Source: Ignavibacteriota bacterium
GTDB lineage: Bacteria > Bacteroidota > Ignavibacteria > Palsa-1295
Direction: 5' to 3'
NCBI GenBank assembly: GCA_963787835.1
Contig: CAWBEI010000002.1
Location: forward strand, 384,001-448,000
Length of the DNA: 64,000 nucleotides
Shown: piece by piece, positions 1 through 11,567 of the stretch
How positions within the stretch are numbered: position 1 is the first letter of the stretch
Layout of the letters: each line of letters opens with the position of its first letter
Made by a program: the position numbers and the translations under genes
The notes under the pieces: model-generated
The model's database searches: none
Told to the model about the DNA's origin: nothing
The model's input: only the letters and a program-made list of their open reading frames with translations

Positions 1-3000
1 GCTCCCGAAGGAAGATTTTGGGTATTGAATGTCACATGATAGCTGCCACCTTTGTAGGCAACAGTACCATCCATTGGCTTTAGAACGGTCACTCCGAGGC
101 TGTTAATTATATCAAGCTCGGGGTTTGCATCCTCCATAAATGAAAGATCTATTCCAGCGAGGTCCGAAGCGGGATTCGGATGAACAGCGGTGATCGAATT
201 CGATCCACTGACAAAAACAAGCGTAGTAATATTGCATTGCGGGCCAACATTCACAATGCTTGTATCGCCGGCTGGGCGAGGTTTCACGAATAGAATAGAA
301 TCGCTCGTGAATTCTCCCGGAGAAAGCATCATCGTTGAAGTGGCGCTGTCGGGCACTGTCATAAGGAATTTGACACGGGCGAACTCGCCGCTATCTACAT
401 TCAGTGATCCCGGAAAGACTAAGTTAAGCGTGCCGGGAACATCCGTAACGACGGCTTGAGTATATGGTGAAGTTACGCTCAGATATTCCAACGCGCGAGC
501 ATCATAATTTAGCGTAAACTTGACATCGAGAGGGGTGACCGGTATCGAGCGGTTGATGAATATGGGAACCTCAACGGTATCCATGATCAGCCCGCTGATA
601 GAGCCGATGGAATCGGCACCGGAAATATCCGGTGCGAGGATCATCCGGAACGGGAACGGTGGTGCATAACCAACGCTCATCAGTGTTCCGGTATCAATAG
701 CAACGCATGGTGAATCTGAATATGCAGTAATAGTAGTATCGAATACTGAGGAATCTCGCGGACAGAATGAAACGGTTAGCTGAACCGAATCGCCTGGCGG
801 AAGTGTCACTGGAAGCACGGGAACCGTAACTTTATGCCACTTGGGCAGCGAAAGCGAGTCGAATCTCACCGCGATCTTCCCGGTGTTATAGACCGTAATG
901 GTTTCATTCTTACAATCCTTCACATCGACCGTATCGAAATTTGTAAGTTTCGTTACCGAGATCATGGGCTGATCGATCTCGACAACGCCGTGATCCACAC
1001 CGGCCACAATTTCGAAAAAGACAAGCGAATCGCTATCGAAATTAATATTACCTAACGTTATTGGAAAAACAGCCGGCCCTCCGATCACCTTAAATTTTAG
1101 TGTGATGATCGCTCCCGCCTTGATATTTACGCCATTATTCATCGCGATATTAGCGCCATCGCTGGTATCCGTTCCGGTCACAGAATCGGTATAGGGCGAG
1201 AAGCCATTCAGCAACTCCAGCTCGGTCGTGTCATATCCTAAATGGAACAATATATCCATGTATTCCTGAGGAATATCGCGGCTGATCATAATTGGAAGAC
1301 TCAGGGTATCGCATGTGGAAAGCTGGAACGTATCCAGCCCGATGCGGGCGGTATCGAAGGCCATTTGCAATCCGAATGCCGGAGCAAAACCTGATCCCAT
1401 GACGAGCACGGTCGTATCTGTGCTGTTGCAGGGATAAATAGTATGGATTAGCATCCGCGCCGTATATACTTTGGGGGCGCGTGGCAAAAAGTTGACTTTG
1501 ATCGAGAAATTTTGGTTCCCATGAATGATCCACGGCAATGGCAGACCTGTCGATGCAACGGCGGTAAACACACCCTGATCCGGTTGGAAGGTCACTTTAT
1601 CGATCTCGACGGAATCCCCATCGGGGTTGGTGGCGACACCGGGAACCGTAATTGTAATAGGTTTCGGCTGGGCGGATGTATCTACTCTGGTCGGGGGAAA
1701 CTGCACGAAGGATACGTTCGGCACGAAATTCATTTCGCGCTCCCCGCTCACGATCGTGGTGAAGGAATCTTTCCAACCGGGTGTATGCGCATCGATGTGA
1801 AGGGTGTCGATCTTCATGAGGTTCGTAGCGATCGCCGGAATATTCGGGCAGAACGTGACTTCGAGTGTATCGAACGTTTGCGGCGGAATAACGATCGGTA
1901 AGGTTTGCATGCCTGTCGATTGAAGATACCAGTAAAACGTCGAGGGAGTAAGCGGCGTAACACCAAGACCATCGATCCATACCGAATCGATGGTGATAGG
2001 AATATTCTGGCTGTAATTTGCGAGTGGAATTGCACGCGTTGCACAATCACACGGGCGAACAAGCCCATAGTTCATAAAAGCGATAGGAACATCGAGCTTG
2101 ACCACTTCACCCGTACCCGTAAGCTCTCCCGAGTAGGAGTTCACGCACGGGGAATCTATAAATACTGTAAACAACGTATCATAGAGCTTAGGCAATGTCG
2201 GCTGGAACTCCACCTGTATCCACATAGAATCGCGCGGGCCAAGGACGGCGGGTAATGGAGGATTTTCGCTTAGCAATATGTAGCCATTGGGCATGCTAAT
2301 GCTATCGAGCCGTTCCGAGACATTGCTTGCATTCTGCAAAAGGATGAGATCCTGTTTCTGCCATCCTACTTCGACGTTACCATAGGTGGTAAGCGGAGTC
2401 ACATAAAGCCTCGGCGCAAGACTCGTACCGCGCAAGATGATCTCATACACCTCACCATCCGAAAGCGTAACATCTATAAATGCCTGATCTGCACGATCTA
2501 CATTTACATCATTCGGAGTGTACGTTACGTTAAAGGTAAAGGTTCTGATCATTTGCAAAAGGTCCGGCAGGAAGCAGATTTGCCATGCTAAATTTTCCGG
2601 TCGCATCGTTGAGCACACAACTCGCTATGGTCAGTGTTTGTCCCGAAATATTTTCCATCGTGATCGGACTTGTTTCCGACGAGCACCCGATCACTCCGGT
2701 AATATCTAAATACGATGGAGTGAACTGAAACGCCTGAAAGATCCCGGTTCCCTGAATGGGGATCGACTTCACTTCATAACAGCCCTCATCGAAGATCGAA
2801 AGGGTGTCATAATACGTGATCGGCTGGCGCGGACGGAACTGGATCGTGATCGGCTCCGTCTGACCGGGCAAAATATTATAGCTGCCTCCGGCAACGATCG
2901 TAAAAACATCGCCGATCTTCAAATAGGAGTCAATCGCCCGTTTGCCCGTTCCGCTATCGATAATTTCAGCAGATAATTGTGCGGTCTTTCCGATGGTCAC

Positions 3001-4944
3001 ATTACCAAAGTTGAGTTGCGGCGTCAGGAAATCAACATCGACCGAATAGCCTGCTCCCGTAAGTGGGATGGTCTTTACTATATCACATCCATGATAACTC
3101 GCCGAAACCGTTAGCGTCCCATTGATCGGGCCTGGTTTGCTGGGCTTGAACAAGGCATACGTGGGCTGATACGCGGTGAAGGGAGCCAAAGCCATCGGAA
3201 GCTGCAAGACCTGACCGAAAAAGTCTGCCGGATTAAATACCACAGAGTTAACGATTACGGAATCCGTTCCGAGATCTCTGTATTCCAAATTGACCGTATT
3301 ACTGACGAAGCCGGGGCAGACCGTCCCGAAATCCATCGAATCGAGTTCTTTGCCATTCGTTTGTAAGATTCCCAAAACATCCTGCACGGTTCCTGAGATC
3401 GGAATGATCCCGCTGCCCGGACACAACTCGTTACTGAAAATGCGCAAAGTATCTAAAAAAGTGTGAGTGGAATCGATCATATTCATACTGACCGTGAGCG
3501 AAACACACGCACCTGCTCCAAGCACATGCGGGAAGGAAAGGCCGGATAAAGCCAATGAAAAGTGGCCGCTATCGAGTGCGATATTTGTCAGCGTGATCGC
3601 TCCGGGCCCCGGATTGCAGATCGTGAGGCTATCTTTAGAAACGGTCGTTGTTTGGCAGCCCACATATAAGGTATCCAGTTTAATACGATCGAGGGAATAC
3701 TGAAGCTGCGTCTCGCGATTCACGTTGAGCGGGACATTAAGCGGGTCGCTGCAGCGGTTTGCATTCGCGATCGCAATGCCGGCCGAAACCTGCCCGATAA
3801 GATCGGTATGAAAATGAACGCTAAAGGTAGCTGGCACACCTTGAGTGAGTGTGATCGTTTTGGTCGAAAGCGTGAACTGCCCTTTATCCGGGCCATAAAG
3901 GCTAAGGGTAACATTATCGCCGCAGATCGAGGTATCGGTGAGAGTAAAAGTGAAATCCGTATCTTCCGTGCATTGCACATTCACATTTATGACTGCAGGC
4001 TGTGCCGAATAATTCAGCGGGATCGTGCGATAACTGGTATCGCATGCGGCGCCGCTGCGCATCAGACCGACATGATCGTTCCCTGTCGCATCGCACAACG
4101 TTTGGATGGACGATGCCTCGTTGCAGCGATAATACAACACAAGCCCCAGCTCGTTCTCCGCCAGCGACTGAAATCGTTGGCACGCGATCTCATTCGCACT
4201 TAGGGATCGATTCCAAAGCCGTACTTCATCAATTTGTCCGAGAAACGTACGATTTGTGTTCGGGTCATCATAGAGTCCGTTACAACTTCCGATTTGCAAC
4301 GGCAAAACATTATCTTCCGGAACATGCAGCTTGTTTAGGGGATACAGTGGGTTCGCTGCCGTTGCCACGAGCACGCCATCGAGGTAAATACGTGCCGCGG
4401 TAGAAACTGCGTCCCACTCAGCAGCCACATGACGCCAGCCGTTGGTGTAAAGATCAGGGACGTTCGCGATCGCGATGGTATTATCGCTATCGCCTTTATA
4501 GGAATTATCTTTGGATAGCGCGAAGACGATCTGGTTATTCTGAAGATAGAGCACCCATTGATCGTTCACGTCCCGATTGGGACCCCATAACCCTGCAATA
4601 TATTGAATTTTCCCTGGCTGCTGTTGCGGCAAGATCCACGCTTCGAACGTCAGGGCATTGCCGACATTATCGAGAATGTACGAGGTATCGACATCCACAT
4701 ATTGGGCGCCCTTGCCGTTCGTAACCGAGATGGTGAGCGCATTACCCACGCATTGCTTTTCACTATCGCAAACGGCCGGGAACTGTGCACAAGCAGAGTG
4801 AGGGGTACACACGATTGCCCCCACGATCAAAACAAAGAGTATCAGTCCCAAAGGGACGTAAGAAAATAGCCGGGGACGGAAGTCCCCGGAAGAGGAACGA
4901 AAAAAAAGAAAGAGTCCCGAAGGGACGAAAGAAGTGGGACGCAT
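1..4944 (-). CDS. Giant secreted protein: LamG-like jelly-roll + multiple Ig-like (choice-of-anchor D/ASH-like) + cohesin-like domains + T9SS C-terminal domain; +1 frameshift at ~2543; 3' end off-window
   Basis: ORF 2530..4953 has LamG motifs (TFEAWI, WRHVAAEWD, GQIDEVRLWNRSLS). Removing one base at 2543-2544 continues the frame (TFTFNVTYTP...) to the window edge, ending in CTD-like HPNPASDLAGIDLSF...IINSLG...NLPSGS. Confidence 0.85.
4844..4932. repeat. [15 protein letters not shown]-type REP/MITE-like element, in-frame inside signal peptide
   Basis: agtcccaaagggacgtaagaaaatagccgggg...agtcccgaagggacgaaagaa; related copy at 28705..28776. Confidence 0.65.
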
Positions 4945-4953
4945 TATCAGCAA

Positions 4954-6561
4954 TTATCGAATTACTTCTACCATTTTCGCGATGCGCGCACTTCCCGATC
5001 GCATCGAAAGCAAATAAGCGCCTGTGGGCAGGTCGGTCGTGAGCGGAATCGTATAATTTCCTGCCGCAATCGTTCGAGCGAAGATCTGCTGTACGTTCTT
5101 TCCATCCATGGAAGCTATCGCTATTTCGGTATAACCGCCAACCGGCAATTCGAATGTAATATTTCCACTTGAAGCCATCGGATTTGGATACACCGATAAC
5201 GAAATTCCGGGAACCGGAGATTGGCTAACGCCCGCTGCGGGTTTGAAAAGCCCTACAAAGGGATTGGGCAGATCCGGTTGATTTTCAAGCACGGTCTGAG
5301 CATCGGTAAGCGCCATTCCGAACCAATCATGCAGGATCGATAGATACACTTGCCGAAAATCAAAATTGAGCGTAAGATCGCCGTTGGAATCCAAATTCAC
5401 CAGATCGGGTGGATCGCCAAAAACACCGCCATTGATCTGAGTACCAAACGCAAACTGCACCGATGCGGCACCGTGATCGGTTCCAAAACTTCCGTTATCG
5501 TGCGGGCGGCGTCCGAACTCACTGACCGTAAATCCGATAACGCGATCGGATACTTTCGGTCCCACCGTATCGAGTTGGATCATGTCGGATTGAAATTGCG
5601 CGATCGCATCGGCAACGGTGCCAAGCAATCCTGAGTGCGCGCCCGTCGAATGGGTGGGATCGCCGCCATCGACTTCGTTGACATGAAAATCGAAACCGCT
5701 CGTCCCGACGACATACACGCTGGTGTTCAAGCCTCCGGCAATTAGCGCAGCCACCGTTTGCATTTGCTGCGCGAATCCATCTTCGCCGTACGTGCCTTTC
5801 AGGTTCTTTAACCCATTCGAGTATGCGCTCGTAACACGCGTGGCATACGTATTTGACATTTCGGCAACCGATTGCACAAATGCGAATTCCGTCGCATACC
5901 GGGTTCCCGAAGCATTCGCGTCCAGCGAATCGTCGGTGGAGCTAAGTCCAGCGGCCTGGGAACTTGCATCATAGACCACAATTCCCATATTCCCGGAATC
6001 GCCTTCGAGCGCAAGTGAAAATCCACCTAGATTGATCGCAAGTGGATCGGTAGGAAGCTGCGAGGGAAAATTCGGATATTGCTTTTCAAGCATGCGGCCA
6101 AGCCAGCCGGTACTCAGTACATCGTTCGCATTGATATCGTTGATGCCGGAAAGCCAAATATCGGTCGAGCGAAAATGGGATAGATTCGGAGGGTTGTAAC
6201 CGATGCCGCGAATAACGGCAAGCGTGCCATCCTGAAACATCCCGTAAAAACCATCTTTGTTCCCATTCTGAAGTCCGGGATTGAAATACACCCCGCCATA
6301 ATTGAGAAGCGATTTTTGCGCGATGCCAATATTTGGCCGCAGCGTATAATACGTATCGTCATCAGCAGGGACGATGGTATTCAACCCGTCATTGCCGCCA
6401 AAAAGCTGGACGAGAATAAGGATATTATTATTGGCGCTCTGCGGCCCCATCTGTGCGAGCAACTTCAGCGGTGTCGAAGGCCGCGCATATACGTTGCCAA
6501 GCATCACCGGTGTAAGTGCCGCCGAAGCAAGCGAGCTTTGAAGAAATTTTCGTCGTTTCAT
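4954..6561 (-). CDS. DUF1501 family protein with Tat-like signal and T9SS C-terminal domain
   Basis: MKRRKFL; LVQLFGGNDGLNT, PNLSHFRSTDIW, SEFGRR...GTDHG; C-terminal VYPNP...GAYLL. Confidence 0.9.
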   Translation of the reverse strand: MKRRKFLQSSLASAALTPVMLGNVYARPSTPLKLLAQMGPQSANNNILILVQLFGGNDGLNTIVPADDDTYYTLRPNIGIAQKSLLNYGGVYFNPGLQNGNKDGFYGMFQDGTLAVIRGIGYNPPNLSHFRSTDIWLSGINDINANDVLSTGWLGRMLEKQYPNFPSQLPTDPLAINLGGFSLALEGDSGNMGIVVYDASSQAAGLSSTDDSLDANASGTRYATEFAFVQSVAEMSNTYATRVTSAYSNGLKNLKGTYGEDGFAQQMQTVAALIAGGLNTSVYVVGTSGFDFHVNEVDGGDPTHSTGAHSGLLGTVADAIAQFQSDMIQLDTVGPKVSDRVIGFTVSEFGRRPHDNGSFGTDHGAASVQFAFGTQINGGVFGDPPDLVNLDSNGDLTLNFDFRQVYLSILHDWFGMALTDAQTVLENQPDLPNPFVGLFKPAAGVSQSPVPGISLSVYPNPMASSGNITFELPVGGYTEIAIASMDGKNVQQIFARTIAAGNYTIPLTTDLPTGAYLLSMRSGSARIAKMVEVIR

Positions 6562-6577
6562 AACAGTGTGTTTATAC

Positions 6578-6706
6578 CGTCATTGCGAGGAGGAATCGCG
6601 TAGCGCCAGCGGAGCGATTCCGACGAAGCAATCTGTTCGCTGATTGCGAGAGATTGCTTCGTCGAATCGAACTCCCTCCGGTCGTTCAATTCTCCTCGCA
6701 ATGACA
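6578..6706. repeat. CGTC/TGTC-tagged REP-like palindrome (GTCATTGCGAGG...CCTCGCAATGAC)
   Basis: Terminal inverted repeats with internal GAAGCAATCT/AGATTGCTTC; also at 15364..15492 and 18786..18913. Confidence 0.85.
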
Positions 6707-6732
6707 GTCTCCAATATCTCATTTCACAAATT

Positions 6733-8358
6733 CTAACATAATTGGAAATCCGGCAACGCAATGATATAATTAAGTAAGTTCCGAATGTTTGCCGCCAACG
6801 ATGCTGTTGGCCCATTCAAAATAGATGGCCATTCATACGTTTCCGGCGTGCCCGCAAGCAGTGTTGCAAAATTCGTTGCGCGGGCAGTCGATAACGGGCG
6901 TGGAATCAGAAGTTGTCCAATCGCCGTCGAGAGCAGGTTCACATCCGAGTATGTTGCCACTGGAAATTGTTTGATGAACGCGATCGCGTTGTCGTCGCTC
7001 ATGGTTTGGATGATCCCGGTTGCTTGCGTTCCATGCAACGGATAGGTATTGGTCGTCAGCCAATCGTGGTAACCCGGCCAACCCGATACGTTCGGCGGCT
7101 GGAAGAATTGCTCGCCATCGTTCGTCATATTTCCATCGATTGCAAAGCCGGGGCTCAACTGCCGCGCAAGGCCGATCACGTATTCCGCCGGTGATTTGAT
7201 CTGGCAGCCGATATTATTATTATCGAAAAAGTGAGCGGATTTCAACAGCGCACTCATGACCGGTTTGATCTCCCAATTATTTTGAATGAAGAGATCGGCC
7301 ATAGCCGAGATCACGCTTTGCTCGGTGCTGTCCGTAGCGGAATCCGGATCGCTATACACGAAGAACTGATAGATCTTCGTGCAAATAAAGTTCGCAATGT
7401 AACTCTGAGTCAGAGGAGATTCAAATAGCGTATTGATAAGCTTATAAACTGAATTCTGCCGGACAAGATCTTCCGTATTTTCTGCTGTAGTAATTGCGGG
7501 AAAATCAGTTTGTAGATAAGTCCAGTCATGTGTAATATCATGTTGTGATGGAACAAAATAGGTTGCGTACATTCCATCCGGGTCTTCATCTTGAAGAAAC
7601 TGCGAAGCTCGCCAACCGGTAAGAATTGCTGCCGCAGCTTGTACATCGCCTTCTGTATAATGTCCAATTCCGCACGTAAACAATTCCATAAGTTCCCTCG
7701 CGTAATTTTCATTCGGCGCCGAAGCGGAATTCAAATTCCCACCGAGATAAACGAGCATTGCGCCATCGAGAGTAACATCTTGTACGAGAGACTGAAAATT
7801 CCCAAGGGCATTCGAGCGAAAAAGCTGATTTTGATTGTAAAGGAGCGGAGCGACCACATACATGTTATTACCGAGATCGAACTGCGTGGTGAAATGTCCG
7901 CTCCAGAACGCAGTCATTTTTTCCTGAATGGAGTTTGATGCGGTTACATGGAGCCCCGCCCACCATGCACGCAATGCACCGGCATCAGAGATCAGTTGAG
8001 CATAAATTTGACCTTGAAGCGTCACATTGTCAAAATTCGCGGGATCTTGCGTTGCATCGGTCGCGGCCGCAGGCGCGGTTGGTGTGCTCGTCGCGTTCAG
8101 CAGCAGATCAACTGCAGGTCCCGGACCTCCGAGCGCAACGAGGGCTTCGATGTCCGGCCATGTCGGGGCCATCATCGTGCGGCGCAGGAGATGGCCGGCA
8201 AGATATTCGTTCCAGGGATTGTTCGAGTCCGGTACGAATGGATCGAGTGGACTGGATAAGGGTGCGAATTGCCGTTTGGGTTTCCCGGGTGCAGAGTTCC
8301 CAGTCGGTGGTGGCAATAACGATGTTAGAAAATTACGGCGGCTTAAAGTTGGGGTCAT
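6733..8358 (-). CDS. DUF1800 family protein
   Basis: HLLRR, EKMTAFWSGHF, PNENYARELMELF, IKSPAE, PPNVSGWPG; typical pairing with DUF1501. Confidence 0.92.
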   Translation of the reverse strand: MTPTLSRRNFLTSLLPPPTGNSAPGKPKRQFAPLSSPLDPFVPDSNNPWNEYLAGHLLRRTMMAPTWPDIEALVALGGPGPAVDLLLNATSTPTAPAAATDATQDPANFDNVTLQGQIYAQLISDAGALRAWWAGLHVTASNSIQEKMTAFWSGHFTTQFDLGNNMYVVAPLLYNQNQLFRSNALGNFQSLVQDVTLDGAMLVYLGGNLNSASAPNENYARELMELFTCGIGHYTEGDVQAAAAILTGWRASQFLQDEDPDGMYATYFVPSQHDITHDWTYLQTDFPAITTAENTEDLVRQNSVYKLINTLFESPLTQSYIANFICTKIYQFFVYSDPDSATDSTEQSVISAMADLFIQNNWEIKPVMSALLKSAHFFDNNNIGCQIKSPAEYVIGLARQLSPGFAIDGNMTNDGEQFFQPPNVSGWPGYHDWLTTNTYPLHGTQATGIIQTMSDDNAIAFIKQFPVATYSDVNLLSTAIGQLLIPRPLSTARATNFATLLAGTPETYEWPSILNGPTASLAANIRNLLNYIIALPDFQLC

Positions 8359-8558
8359 GGCAGCGTCCGAAATCTGATGGGCAAAGTATTCGGAATATTT
8401 AAACGGCTTTCACGCCAATACATTCCAACACCCGCCATCTAACGAACACAGGCTCCTCAACAAAATCACAACTCGCATCACCGCGTACTGCTCCGATGGC
8501 CAAAGGCCGCAGGCAAACCAATCCTTTTTCGACTAATCCGCAGGTCGGCGCACGAGCT

Positions 8559-8765
8559 TCAATCGTACGCGCCAATCGAAGAGCGACCCATCGACGGACG
8601 GTCATCCGCCAGATCGAGGTCGCTCAAATAGACCTCCAGCGTCCGCTCCAGCAAACGGATCTCGTTGAGATCGAGCGCGAGATAGATCGGATCGCGCTCC
8701 TGGGTGCGCTCCGCGTCTCGGAGTTTTTGGCTGAGGGTCATCAAACGATCGAGTGTTGCAATCAT
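8559..8765 (-). CDS. Small hypothetical protein (68 aa, helical)
   Basis: ATG preceded by AGGAG SD and a near-consensus sigma70 promoter; host-like codon use. Confidence 0.6.
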   Translation of the reverse strand: MIATLDRLMTLSQKLRDAERTQERDPIYLALDLNEIRLLERTLEVYLSDLDLADDRPSMGRSSIGAYD

Positions 8766-8792
8766 TTTCTCTCCTAAAAGTTGCTTCGTACC

Positions 8793-8868
8793 GATGTTCA
8801 CAAGATGTTCACATTCTTTTGCACGAATTTCAATTGGCAAATATACATTAATTTTAACGAAAAGTCAA
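8793..8868 (-). promoter_or_regulatory. Sigma70-type promoter TTGACT-N17-TATATT with downstream GATGTTCACA direct repeat (GTTC-N7-GTTC)
   Basis: -35 at 8868..8863, -10 at 8845..8840; 10-bp direct repeat at 8793..8802 and 8804..8813. Confidence 0.6.
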
Positions 8869-9182
8869 GAGGTAAGTTCAATTTTGTATATAAAATCTAA
8901 CTTTTTTCTCCACAATATTTCTTTAAGACGCGAGTTATTAACATTCGCCTGTATTTTGCCCTCAGACACATGTTGATTACGCATCGTGATTACCATGAAA
9001 GATTGCGCTATCCTGAAATGCATTTCTATCCTGAAACCCGGCTAACTCCTTATAAACAAATCGTTAAAAAAATGCCGGAGCAACCGCCGTGAGATAATTA
9101 TGGTTTTGGAGTTTCATTATTAAGGGCGCCTTAGAAAATTCTTCCATCGCCTGACCATCCATCGCCGTTCGCAAACACTTTT

Positions 9183-10670
9183 GTGATGATTCGATCCATT
9201 CGGGATCCTTCGTTAATAATTCCAGCCATTGCGCTCGTTTTTTCATCCCTCTTCTTTTCGGGATGTTTTCTCTCGCATGTCGAAAACCCTATCACGCGAA
9301 CCGAGACCGATTATTATACCATTACCGACCGCGACACCACCTCGCGACAGATCGTACACAATGCGCCGGGAGCCTCGCAGGATAATGGCGTCGTCTTTCC
9401 ATCCTCACGTGAGATCCATCTGGACCGCAATACCCTTTCGCACGACTCCACGCACGACCGGCCCTATCCGAATTTCCTTCGCGCCGGTGGGCTTGAAACA
9501 GCGGGACTGATCGGCACTTCTTCCTTAAATGGACTCGGGCCGGGATTACTCGGTATCTTCGGGCTTTTCAACAGTTCCCAACGGTACTCCGACAGCACGA
9601 TACCCCACGGAACGATGTATGTGCCAACGGACTCCCTGCATCCAAAGAACACGAACGGAAGCCAGCTTTTCAAAGGAGAGCTTATCCGGTTCATGCCTTA
9701 TGAATACCGCCTGCGGTGGTTCAACGATGCCCCGAACTGGACCGTTGGATGGAGCGCGTTTGAACTGCTCGCGCAAGATGAGAACCGAAATCATTGGCTC
9801 ACGAGCTTCGCGACGAACATCTATCTTCGGCGCCGCATTTTCATCAGCGATCAGATCCCCTATCTCATCTTTTCGCCATTTGCTGGCGTGAGTGTTTTCC
9901 CCTCGGCCTATTTCAACGTGGGCGGCGAATTGCAACTCGGCTCGCTGGCGGGAATGAATCTCCGCGCGTATGCCGGATTTGTTACTGGATTCAATCAATG
10001 GAATCCGCCGACCACGAACGTAGCATTCCCGTATATGGGGCTTGGCATTAGCGTGCTCGATTTTACGAATACCGTGGAAGAGACAGAACATGAGTGGAAA
10101 TATTACACCTATACCGGGATCGATGTGAATGTCCTCGAACTAACGATGATGGCAACCTCGCAAAAATACACGAGTGTCCTGCAAGACTCGACCATCCCCT
10201 TCACGGCGGGGCAAATTAAATTCGCAACGGTGGAGATCCCGCTGCCGATCGCGAATTACCACATCTGGGCCGGGACCTCGCTCATAAACTGGATGGGCAT
10301 GGGATTTGGGAACCAGGCGGTCGGCGTGCTTCCACTGCGTGCAGGCTACCGGCAATATCTTTTTGGCGAAGATCTGATGGTCGAGCCATTTATCGAGTAT
10401 AACTATTATCCCTCGAACGTTTTCAATATTGGAGCGCAACTCAAGCTGGATACCTGGACGCATGCGAATGTTGGAATTACGCTAGGCTATGCGACCGGTT
10501 CGCCGGGTGCGTTCTCTTCGCAATTATTCAATACGGCAGGAGCACCGCAAACACTGAATTTCAGTACGGCGTATCTCGGTATCTCCCTGTTCCTCGGCGA
10601 TTGGGATAAATCCCCGGAGACGGTCCGCCAGCAACACGCTTCACGATCCGATCCATGGAGTGGCCAGTGA
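9183..10670 (+). CDS. Lipoprotein with two internally repeated beta-strand-rich (OM barrel-like) domains
   Basis: Lipobox FSGC; aromatic alternating strands; internal similarity SPFAGVSVFPSAYFNVGGEL / EPFIEYNYYPSNVFNIGAQL. Confidence 0.75.
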   Translation: MMIRSIRDPSLIIPAIALVFSSLFFSGCFLSHVENPITRTETDYYTITDRDTTSRQIVHNAPGASQDNGVVFPSSREIHLDRNTLSHDSTHDRPYPNFLRAGGLETAGLIGTSSLNGLGPGLLGIFGLFNSSQRYSDSTIPHGTMYVPTDSLHPKNTNGSQLFKGELIRFMPYEYRLRWFNDAPNWTVGWSAFELLAQDENRNHWLTSFATNIYLRRRIFISDQIPYLIFSPFAGVSVFPSAYFNVGGELQLGSLAGMNLRAYAGFVTGFNQWNPPTTNVAFPYMGLGISVLDFTNTVEETEHEWKYYTYTGIDVNVLELTMMATSQKYTSVLQDSTIPFTAGQIKFATVEIPLPIANYHIWAGTSLINWMGMGFGNQAVGVLPLRAGYRQYLFGEDLMVEPFIEYNYYPSNVFNIGAQLKLDTWTHANVGITLGYATGSPGAFSSQLFNTAGAPQTLNFSTAYLGISLFLGDWDKSPETVRQQHASRSDPWSGQ

Positions 10671-10672
10671 CT

Positions 10673-11263
10673 ATGTTTTGGAACCACCCCCCAACCCCCT
10701 CCTTCTATAGGAGGGGGCTATTGCTTCTCTCATTCCTTGCGATTGCAGGATGCCATCCCTACGAATTCATTATGGGCGGGCCGCATGTCGTGAGTTGCGA
10801 GATACTTACTTCGCTGCCGGGAGTCGATCACAATGAGGATGTTGCAACCCTGCGTGACACCGCCGCGATCGATCTCAGTTATTTTGGCGCAACGCAGTAT
10901 CATATCAAAATGGGCGTGATGCTCCAGCATGGGGAAGGATTCCGAATTCTTCTTCGCCCTGTCGTGGAATACCGCGATGTAAAAGATTCCGGCATTATCG
11001 TGACGGCAACGCAGTCCGGAATTACGCTGGATTCCGGGCATCACCGGTTCCTGTCGAGGCCGGATGTAACGGTCACGCCCAATCAGATCATCCATGTTGC
11101 GCTGATGTCAGAGAATAACTACATGCAAGTGGTCTTCGATTGCGATACCGTCTATCGCGGCTGGACGAAGCGGAATGAATCCGATGATGTAGTCGTGCAG
11201 GCGCTTCAGGGCAGTGAAGTACAAGTCATTCAGCCCGATTGGGACGATCTGCCAGGGAGGTAA
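10673..11263 (+). CDS. Hypothetical lipoprotein
   Basis: Lipobox IAGC; starts 2 nt after upstream stop; N-terminus derived from a palindromic repeat. Confidence 0.75.
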   Translation: MFWNHPPTPSFYRRGLLLLSFLAIAGCHPYEFIMGGPHVVSCEILTSLPGVDHNEDVATLRDTAAIDLSYFGATQYHIKMGVMLQHGEGFRILLRPVVEYRDVKDSGIIVTATQSGITLDSGHHRFLSRPDVTVTPNQIIHVALMSENNYMQVVFDCDTVYRGWTKRNESDDVVVQALQGSEVQVIQPDWDDLPGR

Positions 11264-11353
11264 ATTTCCACATCGAATGTCCCTGATGAACAGGTAAAAA
11301 TTCGGCAATGTATCGACGGGCACTTGCACAGTAAATGCGTCGTTCTTCATTTT

Positions 11354-11563
11354 ATGCATACATACAGCACGGAAGCCATCATAAATAACGAAGGAAAGAT
11401 CGTGCTCTCTCTTCCGTTCAAAAAAGGTGAAAAGGTTGCTGTTGTCGTAACGCCGTTCACAGAGGCTCAAGAAGTGCTCGATGAGGAAGCCTGGATGCGC
11501 TTAGGCCTCGAACACTTTTTTAAAGACGATGCCGAAGGCGATGCCGCTTATGACCTTCTTTGA
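11354..11563 (+). CDS. Putative type II antitoxin
   Basis: 69 aa, acidic C-terminus (DDAEGDAAYDLL), 4 nt upstream of PemK/MazF toxin. Confidence 0.75.
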   Translation: MHTYSTEAIINNEGKIVLSLPFKKGEKVAVVVTPFTEAQEVLDEEAWMRLGLEHFFKDDAEGDAAYDLL

Positions 11564-11567
11564 TTGA

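Noticed and set aside
190-2255. Numerous short ORFs in the first 2.5 kb
   Set aside because: All overlap the frameshifted continuation of the giant minus-strand T9SS protein
8970-9040. Short direct repeats (TGATTAC x2, CTATCCTGAAA x2) as operator sites
   Set aside because: Possible, but no regulator or second occurrence to support them
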